Source: Deltaproteobacteria bacterium
GTDB lineage: Bacteria > Desulfobacterota > Anaeroferrophillalia > Anaeroferrophillales > Tharpellaceae
Direction: 5' to 3'
Assembly: GCA_016938065.1 (NCBI GenBank)
Contig: JAFGVI010000086.1
Location: 2,155 to 66,154 of the forward strand
Length of the DNA: 64,000 bases
Within the stretch, counting starts at the first letter, position 1. Each line of letters starts with the position of its first letter. Below are positions 25,548 through 34,725 of this stretch, piece after piece. The translations under genes were made by a program, and so were the position numbers. The notes under the pieces are model-generated. The model saw nothing but the letters and a program-made list of their open reading frames with translations, was not told the origin of the DNA and did no database searches.

Positions 25548-28267
25548 CAGAGCGGCACGACTTCGCTACTGGTAGCGGCTCTGGCCTTTTTCCGGCTGCC
25601 GGACTTTTTCTCCGGCTTTTCACTCTCGGCGGCAAGTGCCTCCGGAGCTCGGGTAAGGGTTCTGGCCACCACCTGATCCGCCATTTTGACCGGGATAATT
25701 GTCAGCTGCCGGCGAATGTTAGCCGGAATATCCTCCAGATCCTTGCGGTTATCTTCGGGGATCACAATCGTTTTTGCGCCAAAACGCAAAGCCGCCAGAA
25801 CCTTTTCTTTCAGGCCCCCGATCGGCATCACCCGGCCGGTCAGGGTGAGCTCGCCGGTCATCGCGACTTTGCGATAAGCGGGAATCCCGGTCAGAGCCGA
25901 AAGAATTGAAGTCAGCATTGTTATCCCGGCTGAGGGCCCATCTTTGGGCGTGGCCCCGGCGGGAACGTGAACATGAATATCATTCTCCTGGAAAACCTTG
26001 TCCGAAAGCCCGAACTGACGGGAGCGGGAACGGATAAAACTCATCGCCGCCTGGGCCGACTCTTTCATGACATCCCCGAGATGACCGGTCAGCGAGAGTG
26101 TACCTTTGCCCGGCATCACCATGGTTTCCACCAGCAGCACGACCCCGCCATAGGGGGTCCAGGCCAGGCCCGTGGCGACTCCGGCTTGATCCTCGCCCTG
26201 GCCGCCCTCGGGCAGAAATTTAACCGGCCCGAGAAAACGGTGCAGGGCGGCCGGGGTTATCATGGTTTTAGCGACCTGCTCCTTCTCGGCGACTTTCGTC
26301 GCGACCTTGCGACAGAGAGAACCGATTTCACGCTCCAGATTCCGCACCCCGGACTCACGCGTATAATTGTTGATCACCGCCAGCAGGGCCGTACGGGAAA
26401 AGGCTATATGTTCGGCAGTGATGCCGTTGGCTTCCATCTGCCGGGGAATCAGATAACGCTTGGCAATATTGAGCTTCTCCTCATCGGTATAGCCGGAAAG
26501 TTCAATGATCTCCATACGATCGCGCAGGGCCGCCGGAATCGGTTCCAAAGAGTTTGCCGTCGTAATGAACATCGTATGGGAGAGATCAAACGGCACATTG
26601 AGATAGTGGTCGCTGAACTCGGAATTCTGTTCGGGATCGAGCACCTCAAGCAGGGCTGATGCCGGATCGCCCCGGAAATCATTGCCGATCTTGTCGATCT
26701 CATCCATCATGAACACCGGGTTCTTGGTGCCCGCCTGCTTTAAGCCCTGAATAATCCGGCCCGGCAAAGCCCCGATATAGGTGCGGCGATGGCCGCGGAT
26801 TTCCGCTTCATCACGCATACCGCCCAGCGAAAGACGATAGAACTTGCGCCCCAGAGCCCGGGCTACCGACTTGCCGAGAGAGGTTTTACCGACTCCGGGA
26901 GGGCCGACGAAACACAGAATCGGCCCTTTCATCTTGTTTTTAAGTTTACAGACCGCAAGATACTCAATAATGCGCTCTTTTATTTTACCCAGACCGTAAT
27001 GGTCTTCTTCAAGGATTTCACGGGCCTTGGCCAGATCGAGATTATCCCGGGTTTTCCTGTTCCAGGGAATATCGATCATCCAGTCGATATAGGTCCGGAT
27101 AATATTGGCTTCGGCCGCATCCGGGTGCATTCTTTCGAGCCGCTCCAGCTGTTTTAACGCCTCATCAAACGGCTGTTTCGGCATCTTGCATTTTTTAAGT
27201 TTTTCGCGCAGCTCCTCCATCTCGGCCGAACGATCATCCTGATCACCAAGCTCATGGCGAATCGCCTTCATCTGCTCTTTCAAGAAATATTCCCGCTGGG
27301 TCTTGGTCATCTCCTCTTTGGCAGAATTCTGAATCTTGGCCTGCATACTCAAAACCTGCAGCTCTTTGGCCAGGATTTTATTGATCATGGCTAAACGCTT
27401 AAGACCGTTACGCTCCTCCATGAAAGACTGGGCAACCTTGATCTTGACCCCCAGATTCGAGACAATCAAGTCCGCCAGACGGCCGGGCAGATTAACATTG
27501 TCGAGAATCATTGCGACTTCCGGAGCAATCGGCTTACCCAGCGAAATCACCTTTTCCAGACGCTCTTTGACGCTGCGCATCATGGCTTCGGTTTTAAGAT
27601 CGAGTTTATCTTTTTCGATATCCTCAACCCGTTCCACCCGAACCTTGAACAGAGGCTCGCGCTGGACAACCTCGGTTATTGCCGCTTTCGCCAGACCCTG
27701 GACCAGAATCTTGACCCGGCCATCCGGCAGCTTCAGCATCCGCATAATCATTGAAATCGTACCGACCCGGTAGACCCCGCTGCGATCCGGGTTCTCTTCG
27801 CGCAGATCCTTCTGCGTCACCAGAAAGATCAGCCGGTCACCGGCCAGGGCCTCGTCAACCGCCTTGATAGAAGCTTCACGACCGACAAACAACGGCATGA
27901 TCATAAAGGGAAAGACGACCACATCGCGCACCGGCAAGAGCGGCAATTCATCCGGCAGCACCAGCTCCTCACCCTCGCCACCGCCTTCATCGCGGCCTTT
28001 GCCCCGGCTCTTTTTTTTGCCGGGCCCCTCTTCAATCACCGCGATGGCATCTTCCAGATCGATATCTTCGCTTAAAAGCACCTCATCATCATCATCGACT
28101 TCAGCATCAACATCAACATCAACATCATCATCGGCATCGACATCTTCGCCATTTTCGGCATCGACATCATTACTGTCGGAATCTTCCCCGGGCTCACCTT
28201 CATCGGCTCCTGCTGCATCATCAGGCAGGGGAATATCCTCGTCCCGCTTTTTCTTATCGTCACTCAC
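25547..28267 (-). CDS. lon: ATP-dependent Lon protease (LonA) with an acidic N-terminal extension of about 105 aa
   Basis: Has a LON N-domain (LPLLPVRDVVVFPFM), Walker A (GPPGVGKTS) and the protease Ser motif (PKDGPSAGI). Residues 1-105 are Asp/Glu-rich. Confidence 0.95.
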   Translation of the reverse strand: MSDDKKKRDEDIPLPDDAAGADEGEPGEDSDSNDVDAENGEDVDADDDVDVDVDAEVDDDDEVLLSEDIDLEDAIAVIEEGPGKKKSRGKGRDEGGGEGEELVLPDELPLLPVRDVVVFPFMIMPLFVGREASIKAVDEALAGDRLIFLVTQKDLREENPDRSGVYRVGTISMIMRMLKLPDGRVKILVQGLAKAAITEVVQREPLFKVRVERVEDIEKDKLDLKTEAMMRSVKERLEKVISLGKPIAPEVAMILDNVNLPGRLADLIVSNLGVKIKVAQSFMEERNGLKRLAMINKILAKELQVLSMQAKIQNSAKEEMTKTQREYFLKEQMKAIRHELGDQDDRSAEMEELREKLKKCKMPKQPFDEALKQLERLERMHPDAAEANIIRTYIDWMIDIPWNRKTRDNLDLAKAREILEEDHYGLGKIKERIIEYLAVCKLKNKMKGPILCFVGPPGVGKTSLGKSVARALGRKFYRLSLGGMRDEAEIRGHRRTYIGALPGRIIQGLKQAGTKNPVFMMDEIDKIGNDFRGDPASALLEVLDPEQNSEFSDHYLNVPFDLSHTMFITTANSLEPIPAALRDRMEIIELSGYTDEEKLNIAKRYLIPRQMEANGITAEHIAFSRTALLAVINNYTRESGVRNLEREIGSLCRKVATKVAEKEQVAKTMITPAALHRFLGPVKFLPEGGQGEDQAGVATGLAWTPYGGVVLLVETMVMPGKGTLSLTGHLGDVMKESAQAAMSFIRSRSRQFGLSDKVFQENDIHVHVPAGATPKDGPSAGITMLTSILSALTGIPAYRKVAMTGELTLTGRVMPIGGLKEKVLAALRFGAKTIVIPEDNRKDLEDIPANIRRQLTIIPVKMADQVVARTLTRAPEALAAESEKPEKKSGSRKKARAATSSEVVPL

Positions 28268-28324
28268 TGGTCAACCTCCAGGTTGCTTAAAAATTTTTAA
28301 CTACATCCATCCGGGACACCACCA

Positions 28325-29410
28325 TTATAATCCGTAATGTTCCCGCAATCGCTCTGTAAGTTTAACGGTCAACGCAAAAACCCGGATCGCCCGGGCCGGG
28401 GTCAGCGACCCGGCCCCGCAGCTGGGAGAGATAAAACTCCGCTCCAGTATGCGTCTTAAAGGCATTGTCGCTCCGCTGAGACACTCCATCTGGGCTGTCA
28501 ATAAGGCAAAAAGAGAGTCTACATCCTCACTGTCCACAGCCGCACTGGTCGGCACCACGCCCCAGGCCAGATAACCGCCGTGGCTGAGGAATTTTTCCAG
28601 CTCACTTCGATAAAGAAGCAGATTCTCACCATATTCGTAGGCATCGAAGTTCAGCAGGTCAACCCTGGTGTCAAGCAGCAGAGACCAGTCGGTATTGCCG
28701 CAACAGTGCACTCCGGTCAACCCTGTAAGACCTTCGCTGACCTCGTTTAGAAGCTCCCGCACCCGCTCCCGGGAGAGCGCACAGAAGGCGGTGCCGAATG
28801 AGACCATGTAGGGTTCGTCAAAAAAAGTCAGCGTCGGCAGCCCCGGAAAACAGCGTTCAAGGAACTTTTCCTGCCAGCGGGCCTTCATATTGAGATGCTT
28901 GACCACGACATCGGCCATGGTCGGATCATAAATTATCGCTTTTTTTTGAACGTCGGTAACCCCGAGACCAAAACTTATGGGTCCAGTCACATGGCCCTTG
29001 ACCAGCATCGGGGCTGTGCCCTGATAGCGCTGGGCCAGGGCCGGCAAACCCTGCCATAAGCCGGCAGCCCGTTCCGGACTGATCGCGAAATATTCGAGAT
29101 CGGCCGCCAGCACCGCCTCATAAAAAGAGGTCAGCTGCCCGGCAAAATCGGCTTGCTCTGGATCAATATAGAAACGCTCACCGATTACGTCAAGCACCGC
29201 TCCCGGCAACCCTTCTCCATATTGGACATACATCCCTTCCAAAAATGAACGATTCGGCAGCTGCGGCCAGAAAGGCGCCTCCGGCAAACATTCGGCAATC
29301 AGATCAAGGGTGGGAGTAACTTCCGACTGAGGCAGACTGCCGATGGCAATCGCCATACACCGGGGCAAAAAGGTTTTCCGTAAAGAGGGATTGACCACAT
29401 AAATCTCCAT
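28325..29410 (-). CDS. Cobalamin-independent methionine synthase (MetE C-terminal)/UROD-like TIM-barrel family protein, function unknown
   Basis: 361 aa. IGSLPQ near the N-terminus, HCCGNTDW, and SPSCGAG near the C-terminus resemble the MetE-like/URO-D superfamily. The assignment is by pattern only. Confidence 0.5.
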   Translation of the reverse strand: MEIYVVNPSLRKTFLPRCMAIAIGSLPQSEVTPTLDLIAECLPEAPFWPQLPNRSFLEGMYVQYGEGLPGAVLDVIGERFYIDPEQADFAGQLTSFYEAVLAADLEYFAISPERAAGLWQGLPALAQRYQGTAPMLVKGHVTGPISFGLGVTDVQKKAIIYDPTMADVVVKHLNMKARWQEKFLERCFPGLPTLTFFDEPYMVSFGTAFCALSRERVRELLNEVSEGLTGLTGVHCCGNTDWSLLLDTRVDLLNFDAYEYGENLLLYRSELEKFLSHGGYLAWGVVPTSAAVDSEDVDSLFALLTAQMECLSGATMPLRRILERSFISPSCGAGSLTPARAIRVFALTVKLTERLREHYGL

Positions 29411-29476
29411 ATCTAAAAACGGCTGAAAAAAGTAATCCTCGACATTTTCTGAGAAAACCGCGGCATTTTCTCTAAA

Positions 29477-29635
29477 TGCGGGAGCCGGCCCCGCAACCCA
29501 AGGGGCCTTTACGGCCCGTACTTAAAGGTATTTCCGTTGGTCACAAACAAGTGCTTTTATCAGAACGTTTTCTTGTTTTTGCTGTTGTAAAAAAACAGTT
29601 CAAAAAAACAAGAAAACAACCTGAAAGGCACTGAA
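29477..29635 (+). repeat. Structured intergenic element, copy 2
   Basis: TGCGGGAGCCGGCCCCGCAACCCAAGGGGCCTTTACGGCCCGT, a 25-nt insertion, AAACAAGTGCTTTTATCAG..., the GTTTTCTTGTTTTT / AAAAACAAGAAAAC hairpin, then CTGAAAGGCACTGAA. It is the reverse complement of copy 1. Confidence 0.7.
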
Positions 29636-29772
29636 AAACCTGATTTACTAGCACAAATTGTCGAATTTTAGCAACCATTTTACCTCAATCCTCAGCTATT
29701 CATTGACAATTATCCGTTTTTTCATTAACCAACACCGACACTCGTCCACCACATTTTTACCCTCGCAGACAG

Positions 29773-30771
29773 ATGACTTATCCCTGGCACATAGAAGCAC
29801 TCAACCCGCCTTTTGGCGATCCCGGTTTTTATCTGTTTAACCATGCAAGCGGCCAGGCCCTGCTTTTTGATCTCGGCGACCTGCATCGCCTTGCGGCCAA
29901 AGAGCTGTTAAAGGTTTCTCATATCTTTATCAGCCACGCGCATATCGATCATCTGATCGGTTTTGACCAGCTGTTACGCCTGTTCTTAAACCAGGCTAAA
30001 CATCTGCGCCTCTACGGCCCTCCGGGCATTATTGCGATCGTCGGCCACAAACTCAGAGGCTACAGCTGGAATCTGACCGCTCACCACGATCTTCGGCTTA
30101 CGGCCCACGCCGTCCATGAGACCCGGATCGAACAGACGACTTTTGCCTGCCGGCATAAATTTCACCCGGAGCCCGCAATCAGCCTGCCCCGACCCAGTTC
30201 CGTCATCTGCGAGACTTCCACCTTCAGCCTGGCCGCAGCCACCCTCGACCACGGCCTCGACTGCCTCGCCTTTGCCCTGCAAGAGCCCCCGCAGATCAAG
30301 ATTCTAAAGCCTGAACTGCAAAAGAACAACTGGCTTCCCGGCCCCTGGCTCAGTCAGCTGCAGCGCCTGCTGCGGCACCGGATGCAGAACACAGCCCCGC
30401 CGGAACCGACCTTGATTGAGATTAACGGCAGCAGCTATCCTCTGCAGCAGGTTGCCGACACGATTACCCAGATACGCCCCGGTCTGAAAATCGGCTATGT
30501 CACCGATACCGGCTGCACCCCGGAAAACTGGCGACGCCTCCTGCCTCTGCTCAAAGATGCCGACATGCTGCTTTGCGAGGCGGCTTTTCTCGAAGCAGCG
30601 GCCGACAAAGCGTCCGTCAGTAAACATCTGACCGCGGCCCAGGCCGGCCGGCTCGCCGGTCAGAGCCGGGCTAAAAAGCTCAGACTGTTTCACTTCTCAC
30701 CCCGCCATGCACATCAGGCAGCGGAGTTCTACCGACAGGCCGGAGAGCATTTTGCCGGCCCGATAGACTGA
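29773..30771 (+). CDS. MBL-fold metallo-hydrolase (ribonuclease Z/BN-like)
   Basis: Has the HxHxDH motif (ISHAHIDHLIGF) and C-terminal LFHFSPRH. Confidence 0.75.
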   Translation: MTYPWHIEALNPPFGDPGFYLFNHASGQALLFDLGDLHRLAAKELLKVSHIFISHAHIDHLIGFDQLLRLFLNQAKHLRLYGPPGIIAIVGHKLRGYSWNLTAHHDLRLTAHAVHETRIEQTTFACRHKFHPEPAISLPRPSSVICETSTFSLAAATLDHGLDCLAFALQEPPQIKILKPELQKNNWLPGPWLSQLQRLLRHRMQNTAPPEPTLIEINGSSYPLQQVADTITQIRPGLKIGYVTDTGCTPENWRRLLPLLKDADMLLCEAAFLEAAADKASVSKHLTAAQAGRLAGQSRAKKLRLFHFSPRHAHQAAEFYRQAGEHFAGPID

Positions 30772-30880
30772 ATTTAAAACCTCAGTTAAAATTTTCTCAC
30801 GAAAAAGAGATTGCTTTGTCCCCCTCCTTCTGCTACTTTTACGGCCGAGTACGATTGAATTTACCCAAACAGAGTCAGCC

Positions 30881-31486
30881 ATGCCCTTGAAACAACTTGC
30901 CGATTTCTTTTCGACCTACCAGCCCGCAACCAAGGTTTCCGTCGACACGGTACGAGCCGCAGTCCTGTGCCCCCTCTATCTGGAAGACGGGGTTCTGAAA
31001 ATGCTTTTCATCAAACGCTCGCAAACCGTCAAAGCCCACAAGGGTGAAATCTCCTTTCCCGGCGGGGTTCAGGAGAGAGAGGATTTCTCCCTTGAGGCTA
31101 CCAGCACCCGGGAGACAGAAGAAGAGATCGGCGTCCGGGAAAGTGACATCACTATCTTCGGCGGTCTTGATGAAGTCAACACCACAACCGGCTTTCTGGT
31201 CTCCCCTTTCATCGGCACCATTCCTCACCCTTACCCGTTTAAACTTTCTGCCGATGAGGTTGACAGCCTGATCAGCGTAGCAGTCGAAGATTTTCTCGAG
31301 CCCCGCAACAAAGTTGATTTTTATTATTTTAACGGACGCTGCCTGCAGCCGCAGCTGGCCTTTAATATCGACGGACAGATAATCTGGGGAGCCACGGCTA
31401 AAATCATGTGGAAATTCCTTGAGCTGAGCAAAAAACATAACCTGCTCACAACTTCACTTCCGCAAACTTTCCATCTCGCCAGCTGA
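30881..31486 (+). CDS. Nudix hydrolase, CoA pyrophosphatase subgroup
   Basis: Has the Nudix box (GEISFPGGVQEREDFSLEATSTRETEEEIGV) and upstream LFIKRS, as in NudL/PCD1-type enzymes. Confidence 0.8.
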   Translation: MPLKQLADFFSTYQPATKVSVDTVRAAVLCPLYLEDGVLKMLFIKRSQTVKAHKGEISFPGGVQEREDFSLEATSTRETEEEIGVRESDITIFGGLDEVNTTTGFLVSPFIGTIPHPYPFKLSADEVDSLISVAVEDFLEPRNKVDFYYFNGRCLQPQLAFNIDGQIIWGATAKIMWKFLELSKKHNLLTTSLPQTFHLAS

Positions 31487-31540
31487 CCGTTGAATCCGAA
31501 CGTTTAAGAGTTTTAAAATAGTCTTTTTTCAGGAAACGCC

Positions 31541-32257
31541 ATGTTTGCAAAAAAATTTACTCTCCTCTCCGGCCTGGCCCTGCTCCTTGGCCTTCTCCTT
31601 TTTCTTAACCCGGCTCTCTCGGCCGCTGCCGGTGAAACCCGCTACGTTTCCGACAAAATCAGAATCTATGCCAGGGCCGGAGCCGGAACCGAATTCAAAC
31701 TGATCGCCCCTTTGGTCACCGGTGATGAGGTTACTCTGCTGGGGGAAAAAACAGAGGACTGGGTTAAAATAAGCTATGGTAAAGATCGCGAAGGCTGGAT
31801 TCAGGAACGTTTTCTGACGGCCGTCGAGCCCGCGGCCAAACGCCTGGCCCAGGCCCAGAGTAAAATCGAAGAACTGGAACAGAATACCAAGGCCAAAATC
31901 GTCTCTCTGACCGAGACCAACAAAGAGTATCGCCTCGGCAACACCGGACTGCTCCGGGAAGTAAAGCAGCTCCGCGAAAAACTTGAGGATGTCGAAAGAG
32001 AGTACAAGACGCTGAAAGAAGAATCGGCCTCGTTTCTGGAACTTAAGGAGAAACATCAGAAACTGATCACTGAAAACCAGCAGCGCCAGGAGCGCGAAGC
32101 CACAATTTTGGCAGAGTGCGAACTCTTAAAAACAGCTTACCGCATCAAATGGTTTCTCGCCGGCGGAGGCATCCTGCTGATCGGTTTTTTCATCGGTCTG
32201 CTCATGCAGGCTTTCCGCAACCGCAAAAAAAAGGGCTCCAACCTGAGTTTTAAATAA
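31541..32257 (+). CDS. SH3-domain protein with coiled coil and C-terminal membrane anchor (TIGR04211/YgiM-like)
   Basis: Has a signal peptide, a bacterial SH3 domain (RYVSDKIRIYARAGAGTEFKLIAPLVTGDEVTLLGEKTEDWVKI), a long heptad-like region and a C-terminal TM helix. Confidence 0.7.
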   Translation: MFAKKFTLLSGLALLLGLLLFLNPALSAAAGETRYVSDKIRIYARAGAGTEFKLIAPLVTGDEVTLLGEKTEDWVKISYGKDREGWIQERFLTAVEPAAKRLAQAQSKIEELEQNTKAKIVSLTETNKEYRLGNTGLLREVKQLREKLEDVEREYKTLKEESASFLELKEKHQKLITENQQRQEREATILAECELLKTAYRIKWFLAGGGILLIGFFIGLLMQAFRNRKKKGSNLSFK

Positions 32258-32354
32258 ACCGAGAAGGTGCGGCCCGGTTTGCCCCAAAAGAGAGCAAACG
32301 TAACCCCTGAATCAACCCGGAAAACAAACCCTGCAAAAAACCAGGAGAAGCCTT

Positions 32355-34196
32355 TTGCAACAGGTAATGCTCGGTAATGAAGCCATCGCCCGCGGTCTGC
32401 TCGAAAAAGGCTGCACCTTCATTTACGCCTATCCCGGCACCCCCTCTTCCGAGATTCTGCCCGCCTTTATCGAGCAGGCAAGCGAACATGCGGTCGCAAT
32501 CCACGGCCACTGGTCGGTAAATGAAAAAATTGCTCTTGAATCGGCCTTTACCGCCGCCATGACCGGCCTGCGCAGTGCGGCGGTCATGAAACAGGTGGGT
32601 TTAAATGTCGCGGCCGATGCTTTTTTAAGCATCGCCTATCTGGGGGTTACCGGCGGCCTGGTCGTCATCAGTGCCGACGACCCGGGCCCCAACAGTTCGC
32701 AGACCGAACAGGACAGCCGCATGTTCGCGCTGTTCGCCAAGGTTGCCGTCTTCGATCCGGCAACGCCGCAGGAGGCCGCTCTCTTTGCCGGCCGGGCCCT
32801 TGAACTTTCGGCCGAGATCGGCCTGCCGGTGCTTTTGCGCCCAACCGCCACACTCTGCCACGCCCGACAGAATATCAGCCTGAAAAGTATCATCCGGGAC
32901 TCCCGAAATCCTGAGTTTGTGCGCCAGCCACAACGCTGGGCGGCAACCCCGAAGCACCGTTTACAGCTGCATCAAAAGCTTAATCAGAAAATGCTGGCTT
33001 TAGCCTGCGACCCCCGTTTTGATTTCGCCGACGCGGAGAGCAGGCCGACAGCGCCGGCTCCTTACGGCATTATCGCTTCGGGATGCGCCTGGGCCCTGAC
33101 CGCTGACGTGCTGAGCTCTCTCCCGCAGGACGAAGCCCGCCAGTTTGTCCTCTATAAAGTTGATCTGCCCTATCCTCTGCATAAAAAAGCCGGCCGGACC
33201 CTGCTCCTGCGCCATGCGCGATTATTGGTCGTCGAAGAGAGCCAGCCCGTTATTGAATATCAACTCGGCCCGCAGGAAAAAATCTGCGGGCGCAACGACG
33301 GCACCATCCCCAATGCCGGTGCGTTAACCCCTGAGATCATCAGAACGGCCCTGGCTCTCTTGAGCAAGCGGCCGCTTCCGATAAACCCTGCGGCTGACGA
33401 AGCTGCGGCTCCCGGAAAACGCCCCAGTCTCTGTCCCGGCTGCCCTCACCGCTCAAGTTTTTATGCCTTGAAAAAAGCCCTGCCCCACGGCATTTACGCC
33501 GGCGATATCGGCTGTTATACCCTGGGCATCAATCTTAATGCCTTGGACAGCTGTCTCTGCATGGGCGCTTCCATCTCACAGGCGGGCTCTTTTTACCAGA
33601 CTCTGGCCCATTGCGGCGCCGACATTCCGCCGCTTGCCGCGGTTATCGGCGACTCGACCTTCTACCATTCCGGCATTCCGGCCTTGGTCAACGCCCGCTG
33701 GGAAGGCAGCCGTTTTGTCCTTTTTCTACTCGACAACAGTACTACGGCCATGACCGGCAATCAACCGACTCCGGCCGCCGGCCTGCGGGCTGACGGCAGC
33801 CGGGGACCAGCCTTGAGTCTTGAAAAAATTATCCAGGGCTGCGGCATTGAAAAGATTACGGTCGTAGATCCCTACCGCCGGGATGAGCTTATTGCGGCCC
33901 TCAAAACCGCCTGGCAGTACTGCATGGAACCTGACGGAGGCATCGCCGTGGTCATTGCCAGACGGGGCTGTCTGATGATTCCGGCCGAGCGCAAAGCGTT
34001 ACAGCACTTACAGATCACCATCTCCGAAGCGTGTACCGGCTGCGGCTATTGCCTGAAAGCGTTCGAATGCCCGGCTCTGATACGCAGGATCAATGACCCG
34101 GAAAAACGTGTCACCATCGACCCGGTAACCTGTGTCGGCTGCGGCCAGTGCGTCGCGGTCTGCCCGCAGGAAGCCATACAGATTACAGGATCCTAA
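32355..34196 (+). CDS. iorA: Indolepyruvate:ferredoxin oxidoreductase, alpha subunit
   Basis: Has N-terminal GNEAIARGLLEKGCTFIYAYPGTPSSEI, a TPP-binding region and two C-terminal CxxCxxCxxxCP ferredoxin motifs. The TTG start at 32355 follows AGGAG. Confidence 0.85.
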   Translation: MQQVMLGNEAIARGLLEKGCTFIYAYPGTPSSEILPAFIEQASEHAVAIHGHWSVNEKIALESAFTAAMTGLRSAAVMKQVGLNVAADAFLSIAYLGVTGGLVVISADDPGPNSSQTEQDSRMFALFAKVAVFDPATPQEAALFAGRALELSAEIGLPVLLRPTATLCHARQNISLKSIIRDSRNPEFVRQPQRWAATPKHRLQLHQKLNQKMLALACDPRFDFADAESRPTAPAPYGIIASGCAWALTADVLSSLPQDEARQFVLYKVDLPYPLHKKAGRTLLLRHARLLVVEESQPVIEYQLGPQEKICGRNDGTIPNAGALTPEIIRTALALLSKRPLPINPAADEAAAPGKRPSLCPGCPHRSSFYALKKALPHGIYAGDIGCYTLGINLNALDSCLCMGASISQAGSFYQTLAHCGADIPPLAAVIGDSTFYHSGIPALVNARWEGSRFVLFLLDNSTTAMTGNQPTPAAGLRADGSRGPALSLEKIIQGCGIEKITVVDPYRRDELIAALKTAWQYCMEPDGGIAVVIARRGCLMIPAERKALQHLQITISEACTGCGYCLKAFECPALIRRINDPEKRVTIDPVTCVGCGQCVAVCPQEAIQITGS

Positions 34197-34197
34197 A

Positions 34198-34725
34198 ATG
34201 ACCGATTGTAAACTTCTGATTGCCGGACAGGGCGGTCAGGGCGTAGTTTTCCTTTCCCGCCTGCTCAGCCAGACCGCACTGATGGCGGGGGATGACTTTA
34301 TCACCTATGAGAGTCATGGCATGGCGATGCGAGGCGGCTCGGTCACGAGTCAGGTCAAAATCGGCAACTACAGATCACCTTTGATCGGAGAAAAATCGGC
34401 TGATCTGCTCCTGGTTCTGGCCGCCGACGAATTTCAGCGTAATCGTCATTTTGTCCGCCCCGGCGGCATCAGCCTGGTCAACAGCCCCCACTCCCTGGCC
34501 GATCTTCCGTCGGAGAACTTTTGCGGAGCCACGGCCGTCGCCCTCGAACATAAGCTGGCAAAAGCGGTAAATCTGGTTTTTTGCGGCTGGGCGGCACAGC
34601 ATCCGGCCTTTCCCTACAACTTTGCCCAGATACGCGAAGCGATAAAGCTGATGGCGGTCTCACCCGACATAGAAACGGCCAACCTCAGAGCTCTTGAGAT
34701 TGGCCGGCAACTCTCGATCCGGTAG
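34198..34725 (+). CDS. iorB: Indolepyruvate:ferredoxin oxidoreductase, beta subunit
   Basis: The N-terminus LLIAGQGGQGVVF is typical of the gamma-type/IorB domain. ATG at 34198 lies 1 nt after the iorA stop. The tracked ORF begins inside iorA. Confidence 0.8.
   Translation: MTDCKLLIAGQGGQGVVFLSRLLSQTALMAGDDFITYESHGMAMRGGSVTSQVKIGNYRSPLIGEKSADLLLVLAADEFQRNRHFVRPGGISLVNSPHSLADLPSENFCGATAVALEHKLAKAVNLVFCGWAAQHPAFPYNFAQIREAIKLMAVSPDIETANLRALEIGRQLSIR

Noticed and set aside
27864-28337. 157-aa Ser-rich ORF on the + strand
   Set aside because: It is a mirror image of the Asp/Glu-rich N-terminal extension of lon: GAT/GAC codons read in reverse give Ser/Thr-rich sequence. It is an artefact.
30875-32056. 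187-aa and 175-aa ORFs on the - strand opposite the Nudix and SH3 genes
   Set aside because: The + strand genes carry the Nudix box and the signal peptide/SH3 pattern. The antisense ORFs have no motifs.
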